NCBI GenBank assembly: GCA_963790025.1
Contig: CAWBMP010000004.1
Span: forward strand, 1,632,001-1,696,000
DNA: 64,000 nucleotides
Source: Nitrospirota bacterium
Lineage (GTDB): Bacteria; Nitrospirota; Thermodesulfovibrionia; Thermodesulfovibrionales; Dissulfurispiraceae
Direction of reading: 5' to 3'
In this document: one piece after another, positions 41,017 to 49,685 of the stretch
Position numbering within the stretch: the first letter of the stretch is position 1
Layout of the letters: each line of letters begins with the position of its first letter
Translations under genes and position numbers: made by a program
Notes under the pieces: model-generated
Database searches by the model: none
What the model saw: the letters and a program-made list of their open reading frames with translations, nothing else
What the model was told of the DNA's origin: nothing

Positions 41017-41373
41017 TTATTCTTCACTCAATATATGCTTAAGATGTTTTTCAAATTCCTTTCGAACGTCGTCATCTAATAATTGCATCATTTCCGTTAT
41101 TTCATTTTGCAGCGCCTTAACGCGCTTGCGCATACGGAGGATAATATCAACTCCCGCCTTATTTACGCCGAGTTCTTTGGTGAGGTTTATTACCAAATTG
41201 AGCCTTTCAATGTCCTCATCCGAATACAGGCGCTGGCGGTTTATCCGGTGGGGGCTCACAAAGCCCTCCCTCTCGTACATGCGCAGTGTCTGGGGATGTA
41301 CTTCCAGTATCCTGGACACTACGCTTATCATGTATACGGGGCTGCTTCTGTCCTGCCTTTTATTAATCCCCAT
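41017..41373 (-). CDS. hspR: MerR-family heat-shock repressor HspR
   Basis: [36 protein letters not shown]; lies between dnaJ and clpB. Confidence 0.9.
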   Translation of the reverse strand: MGINKRQDRSSPVYMISVVSRILEVHPQTLRMYEREGFVSPHRINRQRLYSDEDIERLNLVINLTKELGVNKAGVDIILRMRKRVKALQNEITEMMQLLDDDVRKEFEKHLKHILSEE

Positions 41374-42424
41374 GATGCACCATTCCCTTGCGTGGGTCCT
41401 TCTTATACAAAGAGTCTATAATGTGAATAGCCTCTTTAGCCTTTTCCGGTATGTCCTTAGGAACGACGATATTAATTTCAATATATTCATCACCCCGAGC
41501 TTTGGTTTTTGGGTGAATGAAACCCTTTCCCGTAAGCTTGAATTTTTGTCCACCCTGTGTCCCAGGCGGCAGGGTCATGATGGATGCCCCATCAATGGTC
41601 GGAACTTCTATTTTCGCACCGAGTGCAGCTTCCACAAAGGTTACAGGCAGCTGGACGTGAATGTTTTCACCTTTCCTGGTGAATACAGAATGGTGCCTGA
41701 CAGATATTTCCAAAAGAAGGTCTCCGGCAGGCCCTCTGCCTGTACCGGCATTTCCCATCTCCTTTAATTTAACAACTGATCCATTGTCTACGCCCGCCGG
41801 TATTTTTACCTTTAAAGTTTCTGTGCTGACAGTATCTCCTCTCCCACTACATTTTTTACATGCGACGGTAATCTTCTTCCCGGTACCCATGCATGTCGGG
41901 CAGGGCTGGGCCATCCTGAAGAAACCCTTTGAGGTCTGGATATGACCGGTCCCTTTACAGCCCGGACAAGTCTGTGTAGCCTCGGCGCCGCTTCCGCCGC
42001 ATTTATCGCATTGCGATGTCCGGTTGAATGTCAACGGTCTTGTTATTCCCCTGAAGGCATCCTCAAGAGTGATTTCCACACGAATTAAAATGTCCTCGCC
42101 CCGGGTGTGACGAGGCATGGTTTCCCGTCCGCCAAAGATATCACCAAAAACATCGCTGAAATCGAAAGTTTGTCCACCTTCAAAGCCCCCGAACTGCTCG
42201 AACGTAGTCCCTCCGCTGTCATACTGGGCACGTTTCTCCGGGTCGCTGAGCACGGCATAGGCCTCATTGGCTTCCTTAAACTTTTCCTCGGCGGTTTTGT
42301 CCCCGGGGTTCAGGTCAGGATGGTACTTTCTGGCAAGCTTCCTGAACGCCTTTTTTATCTCATCCTGAGAGGCGTCTTTATCAATGCCAAGTGTTTTATA
42401 GTAATCTTTCACCGATGTCGCCAT
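41363..42424 (-). CDS. dnaJ: Molecular chaperone DnaJ
   Basis: J domain with HPD, four CxxCxGxG zinc-finger repeats, C-terminal domain. Confidence 0.95.
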   Translation of the reverse strand: MATSVKDYYKTLGIDKDASQDEIKKAFRKLARKYHPDLNPGDKTAEEKFKEANEAYAVLSDPEKRAQYDSGGTTFEQFGGFEGGQTFDFSDVFGDIFGGRETMPRHTRGEDILIRVEITLEDAFRGITRPLTFNRTSQCDKCGGSGAEATQTCPGCKGTGHIQTSKGFFRMAQPCPTCMGTGKKITVACKKCSGRGDTVSTETLKVKIPAGVDNGSVVKLKEMGNAGTGRGPAGDLLLEISVRHHSVFTRKGENIHVQLPVTFVEAALGAKIEVPTIDGASIMTLPPGTQGGQKFKLTGKGFIHPKTKARGDEYIEINIVVPKDIPEKAKEAIHIIDSLYKKDPRKGMVHHGD

Positions 42425-42444
42425 ATATTCACCTCTTCTATTTC

Positions 42445-42476
42445 ATATGATATATCTTTAGTCGTTTCTTGTCAAG
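42445..42476 (-). promoter_or_regulatory. Sigma70 promoter of the dnaJ operon overlapped by a HAIR-like HspR operator
   Basis: Minus strand TTGACA-17 nt-TATCAT; + strand CTTTAGT-N7-TGTCAAG (42456-42476) versus the HAIR consensus CTTGAGT-N7-ACTCAAG. Confidence 0.75.
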
Positions 42477-42494
42477 TATTATATTGCACTCCGT

Positions 42495-42663
42495 GGTAGT
42501 GGGTCAGTTTGTTTTTGCTCTGGATCACCTGAGTTCTCAACAGTGGGGCGGTAACGCCCGCCCCAAATATCGAGAAAAGGCTGCCCGTTAATCTTCAGTA
42601 TATGCCAGTGATTGGAAACGAAAGACTATTTGAGCCAGAGCAAAGACAAGCTGACCCACTACC
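42495..42663. mobile_element. 169-bp non-autonomous MITE with 29-bp terminal inverted repeats and an 8-bp target duplication
   Basis: GGTAGTGGGTCAGTTTGTTTTTGCTCTGG ... CCAGAGCAAAGACAAGCTGACCCACTACC (2 mismatches); flanks CACTCCGT (42487-42494) / CACTCCAT (42664-42671). Confidence 0.88.
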
Positions 42664-42705
42664 CACTCCATGGCAGATGGGGGTCTCTGTGTTACAATTA
42701 AATAA

Positions 42706-43947
42706 ATGCCTTTAGAAACAATCAAAGCTGACGTCCCCGTCTATGGAGGCCGCTCGATCGGCAGATTAAACGGTAAAATTGTAATGATAAAAGGGGCAAT
42801 CCCGGGCGAAATTGCTGAAGTGAGGCTGGAAGAGGAAAAAAAAGATTACAGCCTTGGTACCGCTGTTTCAATACTCACTCCCTCTCCCGACAGATGCGTA
42901 CCGGAGTGCGGTTATTTCGGTTCATGCGGAGGTTGCCAACTCCAGTTCATTGCTTACAAGCGTCAGGTGCGGCTTAAAGAGGAAATTCTCAGGGATTGCA
43001 TCAGACGCATAGCAAAAGCCGGGACTGAACTTTCCCCTTCAATGGTTGGTTCCAGCCCCTGGAAATACCGGCTCAGGGGACAGTTTAAAATATCGCATGG
43101 CAGGATCGGCTTTTACAGGGAAAAATCGCGTGAAATTATTGATATCGATGCCTGTCCGCTCATGGCGGAAGAGGTTAATCAATACCTTGCAAAAGCAAGG
43201 GCAATGCTCGGCAATATGACCGTCGGAGAAATACATATTTCGTTTGGAAACGGCGCGGTTGCTTTGTTAAAAACTTCTCATTCAGAAGGGGTTGCAGGCA
43301 TTGATTTGAATAAACTTTCCGGCGATTTTCTGGAAAACGGTTTTTCAGGAATTGTTATTAAGCTGCCGGACAGGAAGGCATTACAGCGGGGGAAACAATA
43401 CCTGACTCTCTATCTCGAAGGTCTGAAATACACGGTATCGCCACTGAGTTTTTTTCAAAGCCATTGGTCTCTGAATCAGGCAATTGTTGGGTTCGTCAAA
43501 AGTGCACTACATCCGATGAAAGGACAAAAGGTCATGGACCTCTGCTCCGGGGCCGGTAACTTCTCGTTGCCTCTTGCAGTATTCGCAGATGAAGTGGTCG
43601 CAGTGGAGGAGAGTGCTGATGCTGTCAGGGACGGCAGGAGAAACGCGGATATAAACGGTATTAAAAACTGTACGTTCATTAATTCCGCCATGGATTCGGC
43701 TGCCATAAGTAATGACGTTGATACGCTCATTGTCGATCCTCCCAGGCCGGGGCTTACAGGCAGAACAATAGACAATATTCTCAGTGCTGCGCCTGAAAGA
43801 ATTGCCTATATATCGTGCAACCCGACAACGTTGGCCAGGGATTTGAAAAAAATGGCAGCTAAATATGAAATTGACTCCATACGTATGATCGATTTCTTTC
43901 CCCAAACATATCACATAGAATCTCTGGCACTTCTCAGGAGGAAATAA
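42706..43947 (+). CDS. rlmD: 23S rRNA (uracil-5)-methyltransferase, RlmD/RumA family
   Basis: TRAM domain, 4Fe-4S motif CGYFGSCGGC, SFFQ, DLCSGAGNF, VDPPRPGL, YISCNPTT, DFFPQTYHIE. Confidence 0.9.
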   Translation: MPLETIKADVPVYGGRSIGRLNGKIVMIKGAIPGEIAEVRLEEEKKDYSLGTAVSILTPSPDRCVPECGYFGSCGGCQLQFIAYKRQVRLKEEILRDCIRRIAKAGTELSPSMVGSSPWKYRLRGQFKISHGRIGFYREKSREIIDIDACPLMAEEVNQYLAKARAMLGNMTVGEIHISFGNGAVALLKTSHSEGVAGIDLNKLSGDFLENGFSGIVIKLPDRKALQRGKQYLTLYLEGLKYTVSPLSFFQSHWSLNQAIVGFVKSALHPMKGQKVMDLCSGAGNFSLPLAVFADEVVAVEESADAVRDGRRNADINGIKNCTFINSAMDSAAISNDVDTLIVDPPRPGLTGRTIDNILSAAPERIAYISCNPTTLARDLKKMAAKYEIDSIRMIDFFPQTYHIESLALLRRK

Positions 43948-43949
43948 GA

Positions 43950-44753
43950 ATGAGCGGGACTTTTTTGGAAACTGCCATCTTTGCCGCACAATCGGCAGGC
44001 AAGATTATCCTTCAAAACCTCGGCAGGCTCTCAAGCGATGACATAGATGTCAAGCAGGTATCGGACTTTGTAACCCGCGTTGACAGAGAGTCTGAAGCCC
44101 TTATTATCGGGACAATACATGAGCGGTATCCGGACCACCATATCCTTGCGGAGGAGTCGCTGAAGGAGATGGAGCGCGGGGGCTATCGCTGGATAATCGA
44201 TCCACTCGACGGCACTACTAACTATATTCACCAGTATCCTGTTTTTTGCACATCGATAGCCCTTGAGTACAACAGCAAAATAATTGCAGGAGTTATTTTT
44301 GATCCTTTAAGGGGAGACCTCTTCTGCGCGGAAAGAGGGAAAGGCGCTTTTCTCAATGGACAGCCGATAATGGTGTCAACGATTGCGGCCCAGCAAGACA
44401 GTCTTATCACGACAGGCTTTCCTTTCAGGAAAAAGGACTTTCTTGACATGTACCTTAAACTATTCAAAAATGTTCTGTATAAGGTCAGCGATATGCGGAG
44501 GGCAGGGTCAGCTGCGCTCGACCTGGCATACCTTGCAGCAGGAAGATGCGAGGGATTTTTTGAATTAGGGTTGAGTCCCTGGGATATTGCTGCGGGAAGC
44601 CTCATTATAGAGGAGGCCCGAGGGGTGATTACCGATTTCGGAGGGGGCAGTGAGTATCTGTCTACAGGAAATATTGTTGCCGGCAATAAAGTCATCCAAA
44701 AGGAACTGTTAAAGGAAGTGCAGGAAGTTTTTGACGGGATAATTGACAAGTAA
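43950..44753 (+). CDS. suhB: Inositol monophosphatase family protein
   Basis: DFVTRVD, WIIDPLDGTTNY, RRAGSAALDL, PWDIAAG. Confidence 0.93.
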   Translation: MSGTFLETAIFAAQSAGKIILQNLGRLSSDDIDVKQVSDFVTRVDRESEALIIGTIHERYPDHHILAEESLKEMERGGYRWIIDPLDGTTNYIHQYPVFCTSIALEYNSKIIAGVIFDPLRGDLFCAERGKGAFLNGQPIMVSTIAAQQDSLITTGFPFRKKDFLDMYLKLFKNVLYKVSDMRRAGSAALDLAYLAAGRCEGFFELGLSPWDIAAGSLIIEEARGVITDFGGGSEYLSTGNIVAGNKVIQKELLKEVQEVFDGIIDK

Positions 44754-44823
44754 AAAGGTTAAAGGTAAAAGGTCACAGACCAAAAAACGTCTTCTTTTTT
44801 TAGCCATTTATCTTAAACCTTTT
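44753..44823. repeat. Two-armed heptamer-periodic repeat element between convergent genes
   Basis: AAAGGTT-AAAGGTA-AAAGGTC-ACAGACC; right arm reverse complement AAAGGTT-TAAGATA-AATGGCT-AAAAAAA. Confidence 0.7.
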
Positions 44824-45428
44824 TATTTTATTTTGGGTATTTCATCCTCTATTCTCGTCAGCACCCTTTCCAGGACCATTCGCGCGGTTTCGTCCGGCTG
44901 CTTTTCTGAACGGGCCCCTTGAGTCTGCCAAACTATATCGCCTGTAACTGAATCAACTACTTTAATTGAAAAAGAAGCGCGGCAGAATTGGAAACTGGCT
45001 TTCTCGGGTGCAAATCCGGTCCAGGTCCATTCTTTCTGGGTCTGGCACTCATAACGGTCAATTGTCCCATACACGACAGCTTTGATACCGTTTGCCTTTA
45101 GCAAGGCTTTGTCATCCGGTGTCAGTTCAGGAGAGATCAAAAGATCTTTGCCGGATAGTTTTTTCAGGGTTTCGCGGCGTGTCACCGAGTATCCGTCAGC
45201 AGCGAACCTTACAGCAATACGCGCTGCCACCCTTTCGCCTATGGCGGGATCAGGAGAGACAAATTTTGCTATTGTTACCGTATTATAATTCTGCATTGGC
45301 ACAACAGGAGCGTGTTTTACACTATTCTGCCCGGATGCACAGCTTATTAGAGCAATACAAGCCACACTGCATAATAATTTTAACAATTTTTTGTTCCTCG
45401 AGAACATTGTAATATTGAAGTTTACCAT
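44823..45428 (-). CDS. Lipoprotein, probably CsgG/LpoB-like fold
   Basis: Lipobox LISC-ASG; AVVYGTI and IKVVDSVTGDIVWQ pattern. Confidence 0.7.
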   Translation of the reverse strand: MVNFNITMFSRNKKLLKLLCSVACIALISCASGQNSVKHAPVVPMQNYNTVTIAKFVSPDPAIGERVAARIAVRFAADGYSVTRRETLKKLSGKDLLISPELTPDDKALLKANGIKAVVYGTIDRYECQTQKEWTWTGFAPEKASFQFCRASFSIKVVDSVTGDIVWQTQGARSEKQPDETARMVLERVLTRIEDEIPKIK

Positions 45429-45490
45429 AATCCATAAGGCGATAAAACTTTTCCGTATTTAGGGCTTTTGATAGCGGGCTTTCCTTCAAT

Positions 45491-45521
45491 GTTACAATTA
45501 GGTTACAATTGGGTTACAACC
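45491..45521. promoter_or_regulatory. Three GTTACAA direct repeats at an 11-bp period in a divergent promoter
   Basis: GTTACAATTAG GTTACAATTGG GTTACAACC starting at 45491, 45502 and 45513. Confidence 0.65.
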
Positions 45522-45525
45522 TATT

Positions 45526-46044
45526 ATGACTCTTTTATGTCCCATAGAAAACCTGAAAGACGGCCACGAGCTGGTCATATGTGACAGCGAGCGCTCACAA
45601 AGGGCGCATAAAGAACTCTTTCATTTCAGAGATGAGGTCTACTTAATTACCGGTGATCAGGACAATGTTTTTGATACGATCCTCAGCATGGTTGAGACCT
45701 TCAATACAGCTCCTGAAACAGGCCCTGCCCGCATTCATATAGTCCTGGCATGGGAAAACATTTTAAGGGTCTCCTCATGGAAATCAGCGCGTCCTGCTGC
45801 CGGCGATGCGTTTATTATTCTTAAAAATTCAGGAATAAGCCAGCAGGACCTTCAGCCGTTTAAAACAGCTGATGTTAATGATTTGTTCCCCTGGCTTTAT
45901 TACGGCAAACGGTTTGAGGTTTTAAGGAAGATTTGCCATGCGGCAAAGAAGCAAATGGAGAGTCATTTACGAAACCATTCCATAAGGGTGGATGGCCACC
46001 TTATGGCGGATGACACCAAAAGGATTATTGCCAGCAGCCTCTGA
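45526..46044 (+). CDS. Hypothetical protein
   Basis: 172-aa ORF followed by the hairpin GCCTCC-GTG-GGAGGC; no motif recognised. Confidence 0.7.
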   Translation: MTLLCPIENLKDGHELVICDSERSQRAHKELFHFRDEVYLITGDQDNVFDTILSMVETFNTAPETGPARIHIVLAWENILRVSSWKSARPAAGDAFIILKNSGISQQDLQPFKTADVNDLFPWLYYGKRFEVLRKICHAAKKQMESHLRNHSIRVDGHLMADDTKRIIASSL

Positions 46045-46072
46045 AGAAACTGTTAGCCTCCGTGGGAGGCCT

Positions 46073-46172
46073 TAAAGACAGGTAAAGGTTAAGGTTAAGA
46101 AAACAAAACAAGACACAGGTCTTTGGTATCTTCTTACCTAACCTATACCTTAACCTTGACCTGGTTTTTTAG
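46073..46172. repeat. Two-armed hexamer-periodic (NAGGTN) element overlapping the hemY stop
   Basis: CAGGTA-AAGGTT-AAGGTT-AAGAAA; right arm reverse complement CAGGTC-AAGGTT-AAGGTA-TAGGTT, which encodes QVKVKV*. Confidence 0.75.
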
Positions 46173-47357
46173 CCGCTGAAATTCATGGAGCGACCTTGTA
46201 ACACAGTCTTCTATCGCCATCCCGCCAAAGTAATTTCCTGTCAGAAAGATGCGGCTCCCGGAGAGCGACTGCTCAAGTTCGCCGACCAGTGCGTTGTGGC
46301 CGACTTTAAGCGATGGCACAAAATTCTTTTTTTCTGCAACATGCCCAATCTGTCCCTGCTCAACTCCGAGCACTTCTGCGATGCGCTTGAGCTTCGCTTC
46401 GCGGCCCAGGAGACCCGGCCTGAAATGGAACGTGAAGCCTCTGTATTTCTTATGAGGCACAGTATCTCTGGTGACAACAGAATAAAAGCTGTCGGAAGAA
46501 GGGATCAGTCCTGCAGCAGGGGCGATGGAGACCGATTTTTTATTGATAGCCGTACCCATCGATTCAACCGCTACTACCTCGATCCCCGCTAATTTTTTCG
46601 ATAAACGAGGGGATGATTCCTGTAAAAGTTCCGAGGCGACAGATGCAGGTGTTGCCAGGGCCAGGGTGTCAGTTTCATAAAGTGCTCCATCTGTAGTGAT
46701 TTGGAAACGGCTGTTTTTGGAGGTCAGAGCATGCACCTTCTGTCCTTTTACAATCTCGATATTTTTTTGTAATGCTATAGCCTCTGCAATTGTCTGCATG
46801 CCGCAAGACAGAGTGAATTTTTTAAGTATATCTTTTCTGCGGAACCGTTTTTTAAATACCAGGTCTGCCGGAAAATCATTGGCTGTTTGCGATAGTACGG
46901 CATTTATGGCAGGACCGATCACTCGCCTGAAATTTGAGAGGCCTGCGATTTTTGAATAGTACGATTCAACACTGTACCCTTCCTGTTTGAGGGTAAATAA
47001 ACTGGGGGCTGAGAGGATAAGCTCCCAATAATTAAGCTGAGAAGGAATGGATTTTATCCGGCTCCCGGCAAGCATTTTGAACGGCACTTTTTCACGAGCG
47101 GTCAACTTGTCAAGAATGTTGCAATCTTCTATGATCGCCAATAAATTGCGATATGAGTTGTAACAGGTATGGGCACCCAGTTCTATCCAGAACCCATCTG
47201 CGTCGTCAAAGCGATGGGAATGCAGTGTGCCGCCAACATATCCGTCCTTTTCGATTATCAAAGTCCTCAGCCCTTCACTGCCGCAGTAATGGGCAAAGCT
47301 CAGTCCACTGATGCCTGCCCCGATCACGACAACTTCATATCTGTTGTTTAAAGCCAT
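46143..47357 (-). CDS. FAD-dependent oxidoreductase, HemY-like (copro/protoporphyrinogen oxidase)
   Basis: IGAGISGL..EK..VGG, ELGAH, LTGNYFGGMAIEDCV; overlaps the hemH stop. Confidence 0.8.
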   Translation of the reverse strand: MALNNRYEVVVIGAGISGLSFAHYCGSEGLRTLIIEKDGYVGGTLHSHRFDDADGFWIELGAHTCYNSYRNLLAIIEDCNILDKLTAREKVPFKMLAGSRIKSIPSQLNYWELILSAPSLFTLKQEGYSVESYYSKIAGLSNFRRVIGPAINAVLSQTANDFPADLVFKKRFRRKDILKKFTLSCGMQTIAEAIALQKNIEIVKGQKVHALTSKNSRFQITTDGALYETDTLALATPASVASELLQESSPRLSKKLAGIEVVAVESMGTAINKKSVSIAPAAGLIPSSDSFYSVVTRDTVPHKKYRGFTFHFRPGLLGREAKLKRIAEVLGVEQGQIGHVAEKKNFVPSLKVGHNALVGELEQSLSGSRIFLTGNYFGGMAIEDCVTRSLHEFQRLKNQVKVKV

Positions 47358-48352
47358 CCGGTACCCTTCACTTTCTTTATGACCATATCGGCAAGTGCCA
47401 TTATAAATTTTGCGGACGTGTTAAGCGATTCAATACGCTTAAGCGTTATCCCGAGGTTCCTTGCCATGCCTTTGTATAGTATATCTATTTCATAGAGAGT
47501 TTCAATGTGGTCGGACACAAAACTGATGGGCACAACCAGGAGTTCTTTTATTCCTTTGCCTGCTAGTTCACGAAGCATGTGTTCAGTAGAGGGTCCCAGC
47601 CATTTGACCGGGCCGGTCTTGCTCTGGAAAGAGAGGAACCACTGCATATCCACCCTTTTAGTAAGCTCATCGATAGTGCCCCGAACCTCGTTGATGTAAG
47701 GATCACCAGCGTCTACAAGTTTCTGCGGGAGACTGTGGGCGCTGAACAATACGGGAGGTTTAACAGCAAAACTTTTTAACCCCTGCTCAATGCGGGCCGC
47801 AAGGGCATCAATGTAAAGTGGGTGACTGAACCAGGAGGTGACACAGGCATATTCAAAAGAATATTTTGCAGCAGCATCTTCGAAATGTTTGATGGAAGAA
47901 CCTGTTGTCGCGACAGAGTAGTGAGGATACAGGCTTAGCGCAATTATTTTGTTTATACCTTGTCTGTGCAACTGCTCCAGACCCTCTTCAGTAAAAGGGT
48001 GCCAGTAACGCATGCCGATAATAACCTTGAATTTGTAATCAGGGTATCGCGGTATAGGAATGATGGCTTGTTCAGGCAGTGCAAAGGCATCTTTACTCCG
48101 ATTCAACAATTCCTCGAGTGCCCTGGCCTGTGCTGACGTGGTGTCTGGAAGAGGAGATTTGCCGCCTATCATTCTATAAGCGGCCAACGTCTTTTTCAGC
48201 TTCGTCCTGATTATAAGAGACGCTATAGGCTTTTGGAGGAATGAAGGGCCGAGCCTGATTATGTCCCTGTCAGTAAAAAGATTGCAAAGAAAAGGCTTAA
48301 CAGCATCTAAAGAGTCAGGACCGCCCAGATTTAAAAGTATTACACCTATCAC
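47348..48352 (-). CDS. hemH: Ferrochelatase
   Basis: LLNLGGP, IGGKSPL, MRYWHP, LYPHYS, FSAHSLP, FQSK.GP..WL.P, FVSDHIETLYEID. Confidence 0.96.
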   Translation of the reverse strand: MIGVILLNLGGPDSLDAVKPFLCNLFTDRDIIRLGPSFLQKPIASLIIRTKLKKTLAAYRMIGGKSPLPDTTSAQARALEELLNRSKDAFALPEQAIIPIPRYPDYKFKVIIGMRYWHPFTEEGLEQLHRQGINKIIALSLYPHYSVATTGSSIKHFEDAAAKYSFEYACVTSWFSHPLYIDALAARIEQGLKSFAVKPPVLFSAHSLPQKLVDAGDPYINEVRGTIDELTKRVDMQWFLSFQSKTGPVKWLGPSTEHMLRELAGKGIKELLVVPISFVSDHIETLYEIDILYKGMARNLGITLKRIESLNTSAKFIMALADMVIKKVKGTGWL

Positions 48353-48396
48353 AGACTAAAGAATACAAGATTAGATATCGGTGATTCAAGTTGCTC

Positions 48397-48436
48397 TTGA
48401 CAATAACTATTCTAATCTGATAATATTTACTTAATA
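48397..48436 (+). promoter_or_regulatory. Promoter with a Fur/Per-box-like AT-rich operator upstream of perR-ahpC
   Basis: TTGACA at 48397 and extended -10 TGaTAATAT; GACAATAACTATTCTAATC resembles the Fur box GATAATGATAATCATTATC. Confidence 0.5.
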
Positions 48437-48455
48437 ATAAAAAAGAGGTGTCAAA

Positions 48456-48851
48456 ATGAAAGAAGAATACAGGGAATTAGGATTGAAGCTTACACCTCAA
48501 AGGATTGCCATCCTCGACTATCTCAAGGATAACACGGACCATCCATCCGCAGAGGACATTTACAGGGCAGTTTCTGAAAATTATCCAACCATGTCCTTCG
48601 CAACGGTATATAACACGCTTGAAGCAATACGGAAGAAGGGCGGTGTGCATGAGTTGAGCATTGATCCGACGAAAAAACGTTTTGATCCTAACACTAAACC
48701 ACACCACCACCTTATATGTATAAAGTGCAAAAGAATTGTTGATATAGACTGTGCGTACGATTTGCAGGTATCGGCTGATGAAAGGAGCGGCTTCGATATT
48801 ATCGGTAATCATGTGGAGTTTTACGGCATCTGCCCCACCTGCAAAAACTGA
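48456..48851 (+). CDS. Fur-family repressor, PerR-like
   Basis: LTPQRIAI, HPSAEDIY, ATVYNTL, HHHLICIKC, CPTC; directly upstream of a peroxiredoxin. Confidence 0.92.
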   Translation: MKEEYRELGLKLTPQRIAILDYLKDNTDHPSAEDIYRAVSENYPTMSFATVYNTLEAIRKKGGVHELSIDPTKKRFDPNTKPHHHLICIKCKRIVDIDCAYDLQVSADERSGFDIIGNHVEFYGICPTCKN

Positions 48852-48986
48852 GCAGCTACCTTTTTACAATAGTTGCGGAGTCAGCTCAAATAAACTATGA
48901 TTTAAAATAAATATTACACGCTGAATTTTGAACGTTAAGTCAGGGATCTTTTCATTAATTCAACTTTTTTATTACCAGGAGGGACT

Positions 48987-49598
48987 ATGAGTGAAATATG
49001 TTGCGGTTTGAGGGTAGGGCAGACGGTTCCGGATTTCAAACTCGATACCTATGAACCTACGAAGGGTGATTTTGGTGAAATAAGCCTCGCAAGTTTAAAG
49101 GCAGACAAGAAGTGGACTGTTCTTGTTTTCTATCCGGCTGACTTTACCTTTGTATGTGCCACCGAATTCGCCGCGCTCGCGGAGTTGTATGATCAGTTTA
49201 AGGAGCTTGGGGCCGAGGTCATAACAGTGAGCACGGATACGAAGTTCGTCCATCTTGCATGGCAGCGCGATGAGACCATGTTAAAAAACGCCAAATACCC
49301 CATGGGTGCCGACCGCACTGGAACTGTATCCAGAATGTTCGGGGTATACAACCAGGAGACAGGACTTGACATGAGGGGTTCCTTCATTATAAGTCCTGAA
49401 GGGATACTCATGAATTCAGAGGTCAATTTCTACAACATGGGAAGAAATATGGTCGAGCTTTTAAGGAAAGTGAAGGCGAACACCCACCTTTCCAAGTATG
49501 GGGACGAAGCCTGCCCCGCGAAATGGCAGGAAGAAGGGGACAAAACGCTGAAGCCGTCGGCGAAGATGGTTGGCAAGGTTGGTGAAGCCTATAAGTAA
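48987..49598 (+). CDS. ahpC: 2-Cys peroxiredoxin (AhpC/Prx1)
   Basis: FYPADFTFVCATE, STDTKFVHLAW, GRN..E..R, EACPAKW. Confidence 0.9.
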   Translation: MSEICCGLRVGQTVPDFKLDTYEPTKGDFGEISLASLKADKKWTVLVFYPADFTFVCATEFAALAELYDQFKELGAEVITVSTDTKFVHLAWQRDETMLKNAKYPMGADRTGTVSRMFGVYNQETGLDMRGSFIISPEGILMNSEVNFYNMGRNMVELLRKVKANTHLSKYGDEACPAKWQEEGDKTLKPSAKMVGKVGEAYK

Positions 49599-49685
49599 AA
49601 AGGAAGCTGAGAGCTACGAGTCTATAGCTGAGAGCAAAGGATGGTCTTGGCTCTTGGCCCTTAGCTCTCAGCAATTATCTTTTTT
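49598..49685. repeat. Two-armed heptamer-periodic repeat element between convergent genes
   Basis: GCTGAGA-GCTACGA-GTCTATA-GCTGAGA-GCAAAGG; right arm reverse complement GCTGAGA-GCTAAGG-GCCAAGA-GCCAAGA. Confidence 0.75.

Noticed and set aside
48987..49598. Possible selenocysteine peroxiredoxin
   Set aside because: The peroxidatic codon is TGT and the ORF is uninterrupted; no in-frame TGA readthrough candidate was seen here or in the cytochrome module
13702..49685. Intergenic repeats considered as a CRISPR array
   Set aside because: No constant 23-47 bp repeats with unique spacers, and no cas genes
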